Source: an uncultured Phycisphaerales bacterium
Lineage (GTDB): Bacteria > Planctomycetota > Phycisphaerae > Tepidisphaerales > Tepidisphaeraceae
DNA length: 64,000 nt
Direction: 5' to 3'
Assembly (NCBI GenBank): GCA_963844715.1
Contig: CAWJPJ010000001.1
Coordinates: 32,001 to 96,000 of the forward strand
A program made the translations under genes and the position numbers. Numbering within the stretch: the stretch's first letter is position 1; each line of letters begins with the position of its first letter. This document shows positions 11,619-20,092 of this stretch, in pieces. A model generated the notes under the pieces. It did no database searches and was not told the origin of the DNA. It saw only the letters and a list, made by a program, of their open reading frames with translations.

Positions 11619-12111
11619 ATGGACAAGCATCCACTGACAATCCGGCTGGATGAAGCTCTGCTTAAGATCGTCAAGGCGCAGGCGGCGCAAACCCGATCGT
11701 CCCTTGGCTCGGTGGTTGTAGACGCCGCCAAGCAAGCGCTCATGCCGGAATACCGAGAGAAGCAGGAGCAAACCCTATTGCCGGGCCGTTGATCGGTGTT
11801 TCAACCGGCTGGTGAAGGTGCACGAGGACCAGCAGGCACAGCATGAGCTGGTCAAGGAAATGCTGGCGCTGTTTGTCCGCACCTACCTCCGATACACGCC
11901 ACCACTGAGGCCGGAGGACAAGGAAGTGGCATTGGCCAGCGCGGCCAGGCGGTTCGAGAGTTTCTTGGACATCCTGGCAGCCAATCGGCGTGATCGCCGA
12001 TCCGTCATGGACCCCGTTCCAAAGCAGCAAGTGGCCCCGTCAGCAGGTTCAAACGACAAACCCCAACCTGTTTCGAGCCCCCCAACATTGTTTGGGACAT
12101 CGAGATCATGA
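11619..12111 (+). CDS. CopG/ribbon-helix-helix protein of conjugative elements (frameshifted)
   Basis: MDKHPLTIRLDEALL (RHH); EMLALFVRTYLRYTPPL..ARRFESFL resembles the RHH proteins found beside ICE relaxases. Confidence 0.7.
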
Positions 12112-12297
12112 TCGGAAAATCAGACAACCTGATGATCGCCCCTCGCAGCCCGGCTGACGTTCCGCCGCTGCGGCCCAGCCTGCTCCGGGCGACAAGCCGG
12201 CCGCCATGCTCGGCCGGAGTACGGCCTGCGCGTGGCAGCACGTCTTGCAGCCCTGCGCGACGGCCGGGCCTGCGCTCGGTCCCTTCTGCTATCCGCC

Positions 12298-12340
12298 GTT
12301 TCTCTTCAACCCCCTTCTGGCTGCGGGGTTGAAGAGAAAC
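12298..12340. repeat. Perfect 16-bp inverted repeat with 11-nt loop
   Basis: GTTTCTCTTCAACCCC (12298-12313) / GGGGTTGAAGAGAAAC (12325-12340). Confidence 0.9.
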
Positions 12341-12468
12341 TTTGTGCCTGGGGAGGGCACCGAATGCTTGTTGAAGGCGATTATCCTCGCGTAAGTTGTT
12401 AACGTTAAAAACATGGTACGCTTGGAATACATGGTTACCATGATGATCCCAGGAAGGAGCTAGACAGA

Positions 12469-12696
12469 ATGGCACGCCCCCGCATCTCCCCGGAACTTCA
12501 GACGGTACAGCGAACCTACCGGTTCAACCAGAAGCTATTTGATGACTTTGAATACGATTGCGCCAGGAATCTTGCGAATCCCAAGCACGTGCTCGAAGCG
12601 TTGATTTTGCACTGGCTGGAATCGAAGCCCGCCGTCCGTTCCGCAATCGCCGAGAAACATCATAAACGATTTGGCGTCACGCCAACCGAGGATTGA
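12469..12696 (+). CDS. Small RHH-like DNA-binding protein
   Basis: 75 aa with AGGAG ribosome site; beta-strand QRTYRF followed by two helices. Confidence 0.55.
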   Translation: MARPRISPELQTVQRTYRFNQKLFDDFEYDCARNLANPKHVLEALILHWLESKPAVRSAIAEKHHKRFGVTPTED

Positions 12697-12817
12697 CCCA
12701 CATCGCGGCAGCATGATGGCATTGCTGGGAAACCCACGGATTCTATTTGACTTTGTTAATGACGATAATAACATTTACCGTGTTCCCGATATTCATCGGG
12801 AGTTTTCTGCAACGCCC

Positions 12818-13117
12818 ATGGCATCGACATTGGAACAACATCCTGGCGATCCAACCGTCATCGCATCCACGGTTCGTCATCGAAACGGGATACAATCTGA
12901 ATCGCTCGGCATATCAGCCGCCGAAGCCGCGGCGTTGCTCGGCGTTTCCGAATCACATTTTTACTGTCTGCACAAGACTGGCCGGCTTGGACCGTTGCCG
13001 GTGCGAATGGGCCGAGCAGTGCGGTGGTCGCGTCAGGAATTGATTGACTGGTTCAATGCCGGCAGCCCACCGCGGAATCGATGGCTGGCGAAAGGCAAAG
13101 AGCTTCGTTCTCCATGA
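12818..13117 (+). CDS. AlpA/excisionase-like winged-helix protein
   Basis: ISAAEAAALLGVSESHFYCL..GRLGPLPVRMGRAVRWSRQELIDW..AGSP. Confidence 0.85.
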   Translation: MASTLEQHPGDPTVIASTVRHRNGIQSESLGISAAEAAALLGVSESHFYCLHKTGRLGPLPVRMGRAVRWSRQELIDWFNAGSPPRNRWLAKGKELRSP

Positions 13118-13133
13118 ATTTATCGAATTTCTC

Positions 13134-13162
13134 TTGTGTGCTACCGATATAGGTAATATGCT
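13134..13162 (+). promoter_or_regulatory. Sigma70-like promoter of the TA pair with a palindromic operator in the spacer
   Basis: TTGTGT-17 nt-TATGCT; TACC-gatata-GGTA at 13142-13155. Confidence 0.55.
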
Positions 13163-13191
13163 GTTGTCATGGGCAGCACCGGAAAGGCTCC

Positions 13192-13527
13192 ATGCGGCTT
13201 CATTGGCGGTTTGAGTGGGATAAGAAGAAGGCCGTTCAGAACATGCGTCGGCATGGTGTTACGCTTGATGACGCGGCGGCAGTGTTGGGCCAAGAGGACG
13301 GAGATTATTATCTGATTGAGGATTACGATGACGAGCACAGCAATAAGGAAGATCGGTATTGCACGTTCGGCTCGCACCCGGAAGATCGCGGAAAAATCCT
13401 TCGAATCTCCTGGACGGATCGGACGGACGAAGAAGGGCAAGTTACCCGAATCATCAGCGCTCGCGGCGCCAACTCCCTTGAAAGGAAACTCTATGCCGAG
13501 CAAATCCAGCGGCGGAATCGTTCGTAA
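13192..13527 (+). CDS. BrnT-family ribonuclease toxin
   Basis: FEWDKKKAVQNMRRHGVTLDDAAAV..DDEHS..EDRY..RIISARGA..ERKLY. Confidence 0.9.
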   Translation: MRLHWRFEWDKKKAVQNMRRHGVTLDDAAAVLGQEDGDYYLIEDYDDEHSNKEDRYCTFGSHPEDRGKILRISWTDRTDEEGQVTRIISARGANSLERKLYAEQIQRRNRS

Positions 13528-13912
13528 GACAGCCGACCAGTTGCCGCCGACAACGCCGGCCGACTTGGATCGACTTCGCCGGGCGATGGAGAGGTCTGAT
13601 GCTCGGATTGACCATGACAAAGGTCCGAAACTCGGCTCCAGGCCGATTCGGCGCGACGCCAATGGCCATATTGTGAAGCCACCGCCCAGCCGTATTCGCT
13701 CGGCAATCCTGGATGAACTGGGACGCAGGGAGATGACGCGGTACAAACTTTGGAGGATCGCGCGCGAAAATTGCCCAACGCTTCCGCAATCCGCCGTCTA
13801 CGAATTCTTGCGCGGATTCCGGCAAATTGGCTTAGGGTACGTCGAAGCGTTGCTTGTCGCTTTAGATTTAAATGTGGTTGCGACGAGTGGGCATCACGCA
13901 AGGAAGGGATGA
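13493..13912 (+). CDS. Putative antitoxin with C-terminal Cro/XRE-like HTH
   Basis: Overlaps the toxin 3' end, AAGGA ribosome site; DLDRLRRAM segment, then MTRYKLWR..QSAVYEFLRG..IGLGYVEALLVALDL. Confidence 0.65.
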   Translation: MPSKSSGGIVRKTADQLPPTTPADLDRLRRAMERSDARIDHDKGPKLGSRPIRRDANGHIVKPPPSRIRSAILDELGRREMTRYKLWRIARENCPTLPQSAVYEFLRGFRQIGLGYVEALLVALDLNVVATSGHHARKG

Positions 13913-13915
13913 ATC

Positions 13916-15400
13916 ATGAGAGTGCGGAAAGATGCCATATTGGTCGGGAGGGGAGCGGAGACTGTCGGAGAAGTGGTATGCTGTCTTCGTGGATCATTCC
14001 GAGATTTTGCGCCGCTTGCCATTGTTTGATGATCGGCGCGCAAGCGAATCATTGGCCAAGGTGATTGATCGATTGAACAGTATTCGCGGGGGCAGCGACG
14101 TGATTACGACAGAATTGGCTCGGTCGGTCGAAGCCATGCCACAGACTATTCGGGCCAAATTGGCGAAATGGGAGATTCTGTCGGCAGCCAAGGTCGCCGC
14201 AGGCAAGCCGCTGGCTGAACATTTGAACGATTGGAAAGACTCGCTATTGTCCAAAGGCGACACGGAGCATCATGCCGAGAAAACATCTGGCCGCGCTCGC
14301 CGGCTATTTAACGAATGCAAATTTAAGTTCTGGTCGGACCTCTCAGCCAGCAAGTTGCATGATGCGATTGCCGACATGCGGATCGACTATCGCAATGCCG
14401 ATGGTTCGATCGAACGGGGAATATCGGCTCAAACATCCAATTTTTACCTGCAAGCGGCCAAGCAATTCGCGCGATGGATGGTGCAAGACGGCCGGGCGAC
14501 GGAGTCCCCTTGGCTCATTTGCGAGGATTGAATGTGCGGACAGATCGGCGGCATGATCGCCGGGCGCTGTCGGCCGATGAATTGCGATGGCTATTGGACG
14601 TAACAGCCAAGGATTCGGAATCGTTATGGCATGACTGGTGAAGCGAGAGCAATTCTCTATCGGCTTGGCGGTCGAACAGGGCTGCGGGCGGGCGAACTGC
14701 GAAGCCTCACACAGATCGAGCTTTCGCGTTGAAGACGGCGAGCCGACTGTAGACCATCGCTGCCGCGTATGCGAAGAACCGCCGGGAGGATATGTCTGCT
14801 GTTAAGGCCGGCAACACGCGATCGTTCTTGGCCGCATACTTCGCGGGAAAGATGCCCCAGGCTAAGGCATTCAATGTGCCATCAGAATCGGCCATGTCGA
14901 AAATGTTCCGGGCGGATTTGGATAACGCGCGCCGGGCACTGGATCAACGCTGCCGAGACTGGCGAGATCTGCGCTAATCGCGACGCTTCGGTATTCCTCG
15001 CGTACCGCGATCACGCAAATCGCGTGGCCGATTTCCACGCCCTGCGCCATACATTCATTTCCAATTTGGCGGCTGGCGGCGTGCACCCCAAGACGGCACA
15101 GACGCTAGCCCGGCATTCGACGATCACCTTGACGATGGACCGTTATTCGCATGTCTACCGGGGTGCGTTGGCATCGGCCTTGGACGTGCTGCCGAACCTG
15201 TCGCCGGTCGTCCAGCAAACCAGGAAGACGGGCACGGGTGACGTGCCTGTTGCTGGCAAAAATCGCTTGTCACCTGACTTGTCACCTGGGTGCGAATTTC
15301 GGCATAACTCGGCGGAGTCCAGTGGAGTCGAAGGCGCTGCACACGCGCGTCGAAGAATTGCTCGAAAACGCCGAGGAACTCTCGACGATCCCGAGCGAAA
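13916..15400 (+). CDS. Tyrosine recombinase/integrase (frameshifted; 3' end approximate)
   Basis: KWYAVFVDH..RRLPLF, SAQTSNFYLQAAKQFARW, RRALS.DEL, TGLRAGELRSL, ADFHALRHTFISNL, ARHSTITLTMDRYSH. Confidence 0.92.
15266..15288 (+). repeat. Tandem 11-bp direct repeat, candidate integrase arm-type sites
   Basis: CTTGTCACCTG-A-CTTGTCACCTG about 120 bp from the tRNA 3' end. Confidence 0.55.
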
Positions 15401-15407
15401 TTTTAAA

Positions 15408-15480
15408 TGGGAGCACCTGGATTCGAACCAGGGACCAAGGGTTTATGAGACCCCTGCTCTAACCGCTGAGCTATGCTCCC
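15408..15480 (-). tRNA. tRNA with CAT anticodon (most like tRNA-Ile2; elongator Met not excluded)
   Basis: GGGAGCATAGCTCAGCGGTTAGAGCAGGGGT-CTCATAA-ACCCTTGGTCCCTGGTTCGAATCCAGGTGCTCCCA folds into a cloverleaf; CCA not encoded. Confidence 0.93.
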
Positions 15481-15506
15481 GGCACCTCCCAGAGTATCTT
15501 CACGGC

Positions 15507-17045
15507 ATGCGAAAAAGTAAAACCGCCCGCTCGCTCTCCCTCGCACTTCCGATCGCTCTGACGCTGCTTTTCTGCTCCCCGATCGCCCGCGCCCAGAGCC
15601 GTCCGGATGACTCGCACACTGAGTCTCCCGCCACGCGCCCTGCGGGGGAGGACAAGCTCTCCGTGACCGATCATTCCGTCACCATTGGCGGCCAAAAGAT
15701 CGACTACCAGGCCACCGCCGGCACGATCGCACTCAAGGACGACGCCGGCAAACCCAAGGCGGATTTCTTTTTCGTCGCCTACGTGAAGCAGCCCGCCGCC
15801 GATCCCGCGACGCGGCCGATTACCTTCGTTTTCAACGGCGGCCCCGGCGCCGCGGCCGTCTGGCTTCATCTCGGCGCCGTCGGACCAAAACGAATCGAAC
15901 TCGGGCCCGATGGCCTCCCCGGCGCGCCGCCGTACCATTTGATTGACAACGATCAATCCTGGCTGGATGTGACCGATCTGGTTTTTATTGATCCTGTCGG
16001 CACCGGTTTCAGTCGCCCCGCCGAGGGGCACAAAGCCGAGGATTTCTTCGGCGTCGAGAACGACATCAAATCGGTTGCCGAATTCATCCGCATCTATCTC
16101 ACGCGATACGAAAGATGGTCGAGCCCCAAATTCGTCGCCGGCGAAAGTTACGGCACCACGCGCGCCGCCGGCCTGGCGGAATATCTCGCCGACAACGACG
16201 GAATCGCCGTCAACGGCATCATCCTCATCTCCTCCGTCCTCAATTTCCAAACCATCGCCATCTCCGACGGCAACGATCTCCCCTACGCGCTTTATCTCCC
16301 CAGCTACACCTCCATCGCCGTTTATCACGGGAAGATTCACACCAGTAATGAGCCGAAACTTCTCGACGAAGTCAGCAAATGGGCCCAAGGCGATTACCTG
16401 AAAATTCTGGCCAAAGGTTCGGCGTTGAGCGATTCCGATCGCTCCGATGCGATCGACAAGCTCGCCAAATACACGTCGCTCCCGAAAGATTTGATCGATC
16501 GGTGCAATTTGCGCATCGATCCATCTATTTTTAGAAAGAAATTACTGGCCGACGAGCGCGAAGTCATCGGCCGTTTCGACGGGCGAATTATCGGCGAAGA
16601 CACGGATGCGGGAAACGATTCCGCCGATTTCGATCCGAGCCTTTCGTATTATTTGCCGGTTTACGCCGGAACATTCAACGATTACATCCGGCGTGAATTG
16701 AAATACGAATCCGATCTGAAATACGACGTGCTGAAGCCGATCGGCTCGTGGGATTTCACCGCCGGGCAGGAAGGCGGAATGGGTTTTCTCGACGTCACGT
16801 CAGCGCTGCGCGACGCGATGGTCGGCAACCCGCATTTGCGCGTGATGGTGGCGGCGGGATATGACGATCTGGCGACGCCGTTTCTTTCCGCCAATTATAC
16901 GTTCGATCATCTCGACGAAAGCGGCCGGTTGAAATCCCGCGTGACGCAGACCTACTACCAGAGCGGCCACATGGTCTATCACAATCCGGATTCACTGCGG
17001 CAACTGAAAAAAGACGTGACGAAATTTATCGAGGGCGGAAATTAG
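15507..17045 (+). CDS. Exported serine carboxypeptidase, family S10
   Basis: Signal peptide; FNGGPG, DLVFIDPVGTGFS, GESYG, GYDDLATP, YQSGHMVY. Confidence 0.93.
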   Translation: MRKSKTARSLSLALPIALTLLFCSPIARAQSRPDDSHTESPATRPAGEDKLSVTDHSVTIGGQKIDYQATAGTIALKDDAGKPKADFFFVAYVKQPAADPATRPITFVFNGGPGAAAVWLHLGAVGPKRIELGPDGLPGAPPYHLIDNDQSWLDVTDLVFIDPVGTGFSRPAEGHKAEDFFGVENDIKSVAEFIRIYLTRYERWSSPKFVAGESYGTTRAAGLAEYLADNDGIAVNGIILISSVLNFQTIAISDGNDLPYALYLPSYTSIAVYHGKIHTSNEPKLLDEVSKWAQGDYLKILAKGSALSDSDRSDAIDKLAKYTSLPKDLIDRCNLRIDPSIFRKKLLADEREVIGRFDGRIIGEDTDAGNDSADFDPSLSYYLPVYAGTFNDYIRRELKYESDLKYDVLKPIGSWDFTAGQEGGMGFLDVTSALRDAMVGNPHLRVMVAAGYDDLATPFLSANYTFDHLDESGRLKSRVTQTYYQSGHMVYHNPDSLRQLKKDVTKFIEGGN

Positions 17046-18462
17046 GGTTTCTTGGGCGTGTCACTCACGTCCACCACATCGATTTGAAAAATCAGCGTCG
17101 AATACGGCGGCACTCCGCTGGCGCCGATTTCGCCGTAAGCGAGCGAGGGGGGGATATAGAGTTTGATCGTCCCGCCTTGTCTTATTTTTTGCAGACCTTC
17201 ATACCATCCGGCGATCGGCCAAACTCCGGGCGGACTTCGCAGCGCGACGGTGTGGGTGTCTCCCGGATCGGTGCGGTCAAAGACTTTGCCGCCGAGGAGA
17301 CTGCCGACGTAATGAACCTTGATGGTTTTTCCCGGGGCCGGATAAGGACCGGTGCCGGGTTTGATGATTTCGTAGCACAGGCCGCTGGGGAGTTCGACCA
17401 CGTTCGGGTTTTTCTTCAATTCGGCGAAGAACGCCTGCGTGTCGGCCGTTTGTTTCTCTTTAAACTCCTCCCGCGCCTTTTCGACATGCTCTTGAACGAA
17501 CTGGTGAACCGCCGGACCGATTTGATCCAGGTCGTACGGAGGCGGCTCACCTTTGACCCCGGCCATCAAACCCGTGGTCAGAAAGGTCAATTCGTCGTCG
17601 CCAAACCCGAACTTGGATAGGGCGGCTCTGCGGGTCGTGTTCCAGCCCCATGTTTCGATGATCTGCTGTACGGAATACCCCGACGGCGGATCCGGCGGAG
17701 GGATGGGCGCCGGCGGGAGGAGGGTGATTTCGAGCACATCGGGCGGGGTCGGCTTGATGTCCAGGAGTTCGACTTCGTAAATCACGGCCGATCCGGGCGG
17801 AATGCCGTACATGGCCAATTCGTATTCAGACGGCGGAGTCTGGACATATAGCCTGATCAAGCCCCCTTTGTTGATCTTCTGAAGGCCCTCGTAAACGTAT
17901 TTGTTAAAGCGGTTTGGCCAGAGCACCAAATCGATCGGGCCGGTTTGCGGAATTCGGTCCCGTCCAGGAGGTGCCCCAGGAAGTGCACGTTTACGGTTTG
18001 CTGGGGAGTCGGGGAAGGCCCGGACCCGGGCCGGATAATTTTGTAGCGTAGGCCGCTGGGCAGTTTGACGACGTCGGGATCCTTGTCCAATTCATCGAAG
18101 AACGCCTTCGCCTCGGCCTGATTCCTATCAGCAACGGCGGTCACGTATTTTGCACGTCGCTGCTTGGCCAGAATTCTCACGTCGGGAATGATTTTGCCGT
18201 AGTAGTAGGGACACGGCGCCCTTTTCCAGCCCTCGGCCACGCCCTTCAGGAACGCCGGAGCCTCATCATCACTGATTTCGGAGTGGTCCGCCTTTCCCTC
18301 GTGGGCGATGATCCAACCCCAGGTTTGAAGGATTTGCTGTTCTGAGAAATTCGATGGGGATGTCTGCGCTTCGGCGGGCAATGTGGTCGGCTGCCCCATC
18401 GCAAAATTGACAAGACATCCGCAGACCAGTCCGCCAATGATAAGAAAAGGCCTCAAATTCAT
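17042..18462 (-). CDS. Exported FKBP-type peptidyl-prolyl isomerase with two FkpA/Mip-like units (indel near 17945)
   Basis: Two copies of WGW..AFF.EL.K.P.VV.LPSGL.Y.II.PG.GP.P....V.VH..G.LL.G..F..EGLQKI..GG.I.LY..P. Confidence 0.88.
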
Positions 18463-19093
18463 CCTCGCTTGCCAAGAATTTAATAAAGTTTCGCGCCGGT
18501 GCAAATTTTGGTGTTGTAGTCTTTTCTACTCATTGCATAACATCATCTAGGTGATAAACTCACGACAGCGTAAGATTATCTAGGCGAAGGAATCAGGTTC
18601 GTTTTTAGCATTTCATAAAGATTAATCCGGGGTGGCCGACAGTGGCTAATCCGGCAATTTAGAGTTGTTGTTACATAATTCTTAGACGTAAGCCGGGCAA
18701 AAACCATGTCTGGCGGAGGTGGGGAGTCTGTCTCTTGGGGACGACTTCCACGCGCCGTGCGGCGAATTTTGGGACGTGGAAATCCACGTTTGGGCTGCCA
18801 CGGCGTGATCTGGGCCAATTCACAAAGCTAACGGCCTCTATTGGAAGCGCGTTCCCTCATCTCGTTATGTACTGCCGGCCAAGCCCGGTGTTCCGCGGTC
18901 GATCGACCGCGGACGGCAGTCACAAAAACATTGCTGATCAATCTCGTCCCCCGCTGCTGCGAGGAGTCTCATGTGGGAATTTGGCGGTATTGCTTACCGC
19001 CCCCCACATGAGAACTCCCAAAAGACGGGGGGAATGTCCCTCCGTCTGTCAGGCCGTAGTTTCAATCAAATCTCACCCTACGGAGGTTCAATC

Positions 19094-19939
19094 ATGACCT
19101 GTTTCAAATCACTCAAGTACATCGCATTCGCCGCGGTTGGCGGATTGCTATGTATGCCCTCGCTGGTCAAGGCGGATATCGTCTCGACCATCGAGAATGC
19201 GGCGTCCGGAACCACGGTTTCGTGCTCCGGCACTTATACGGTTACCGTGGAAATCAAGGTTCCCACCAACGTGACGGTCAAGGGACCGGCCACGTTCAGC
19301 TTCACGACCAAATACAACACCACCGCAGGTTTCTATTGCGATGGCGGCAACAGCCAGAAGATCGAAAGCATTACCGTCGAAGGCGCGAATCACGGGATCG
19401 ACGTTGAAGCCTCGAGCGTCACCATCAGTTCCTGCGTTGCGCATAACAACTACAACACCGGCATCATCCTCGAAGACAGCGACGCCAAGAGCTGCACTGT
19501 CTCCGGTTGCACGTCGTACGACAACGTCGACTCGCAGACCGGCGGCGGCAATGCCGATGGTTTCGGTTGCAAGAGCGGAACGGGCTCAGGCAACACGTTC
19601 TCCAGCGATACCGCATACGACAATTCGGATGATGGGTTCGACTACGAAAAGGCGGGCGATCCGGTCACGTCCACGAGCTGCACGTCCCACAACGAAGGTT
19701 CCTATGATGGGTACCAGGGGAACGGCAACGGCTTCAAGATGGGCATTGGCGGCGATAGCACAGCCAATACCTACACGAGCTGCACCGCCTACGACAACAC
19801 CGCCGGCAACTCGCCGCATGGTTTCAGCACCAACGGCAACACCGGCAAGATCAAGTTGAACGAGTGCCACAGCTACAGCAACAAAGACAACGACGTGCTG
19901 GGCAATTGTGTTCTGACCAACTGCACGATGCAGACCTGA
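19094..19939 (+). CDS. Secreted right-handed beta-helix protein, polysaccharide lyase family 9-like
   Basis: GGAGG ribosome site, signal peptide; GGNADGF, NSDDGFD and GNGNGFKMG match the PL9 Ca-binding Asp and catalytic Lys motifs. Confidence 0.8.
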   Translation: MTCFKSLKYIAFAAVGGLLCMPSLVKADIVSTIENAASGTTVSCSGTYTVTVEIKVPTNVTVKGPATFSFTTKYNTTAGFYCDGGNSQKIESITVEGANHGIDVEASSVTISSCVAHNNYNTGIILEDSDAKSCTVSGCTSYDNVDSQTGGGNADGFGCKSGTGSGNTFSSDTAYDNSDDGFDYEKAGDPVTSTSCTSHNEGSYDGYQGNGNGFKMGIGGDSTANTYTSCTAYDNTAGNSPHGFSTNGNTGKIKLNECHSYSNKDNDVLGNCVLTNCTMQT

Positions 19940-19996
19940 TCGCGAGTTGGAGCCTTTTGTTCGACTGAATAAGCAAGCGGTGACGCGATTTGATAA

Positions 19997-20036
19997 CATG
20001 GGGACCGGGCATAAAACCCCGGTCCCCATGCCTTTT
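19997..20036 (+). terminator. Intrinsic terminator-like hairpin after the PL9-like gene
   Basis: CATGGGGACCGG..CCGGTCCCCATG followed by CCTTTT. Confidence 0.65.
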
Positions 20037-20092
20037 ATATGGGGGGGATGTTTTGGCTCCGCAGTAGTCGATTCCATGGCGTGAGAGTGACG

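Larger units (their letters stand above)
10067..15407. mobile_element. Integrative mobilizable element core next to the 3' end of tRNA(CAT); left boundary undefined
   Basis: Relaxase, RHH proteins, AlpA/Xis, TA pair and tyrosine integrase abutting the tRNA 3' end; no T4SS or coupling-protein genes in the window. Confidence 0.8.

Noticed and set aside
14769..17045. 758-aa ORF fusing the integrase catalytic domain to the S10 peptidase through the antisense tRNA
   Set aside because: The peptidase has its own ATG and signal peptide at 15507. The read-through is best explained by chance or an indel in an error-rich assembly; another frame stops at 15462.
18690..18850. Possible c-di-GMP-I riboswitch upstream of the PL9-like gene (GGGCAAA.., CAAAGC..GGCC)
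   Set aside because: The spacing and GNRA/receptor stems do not fit by eye; an Infernal search would be needed.
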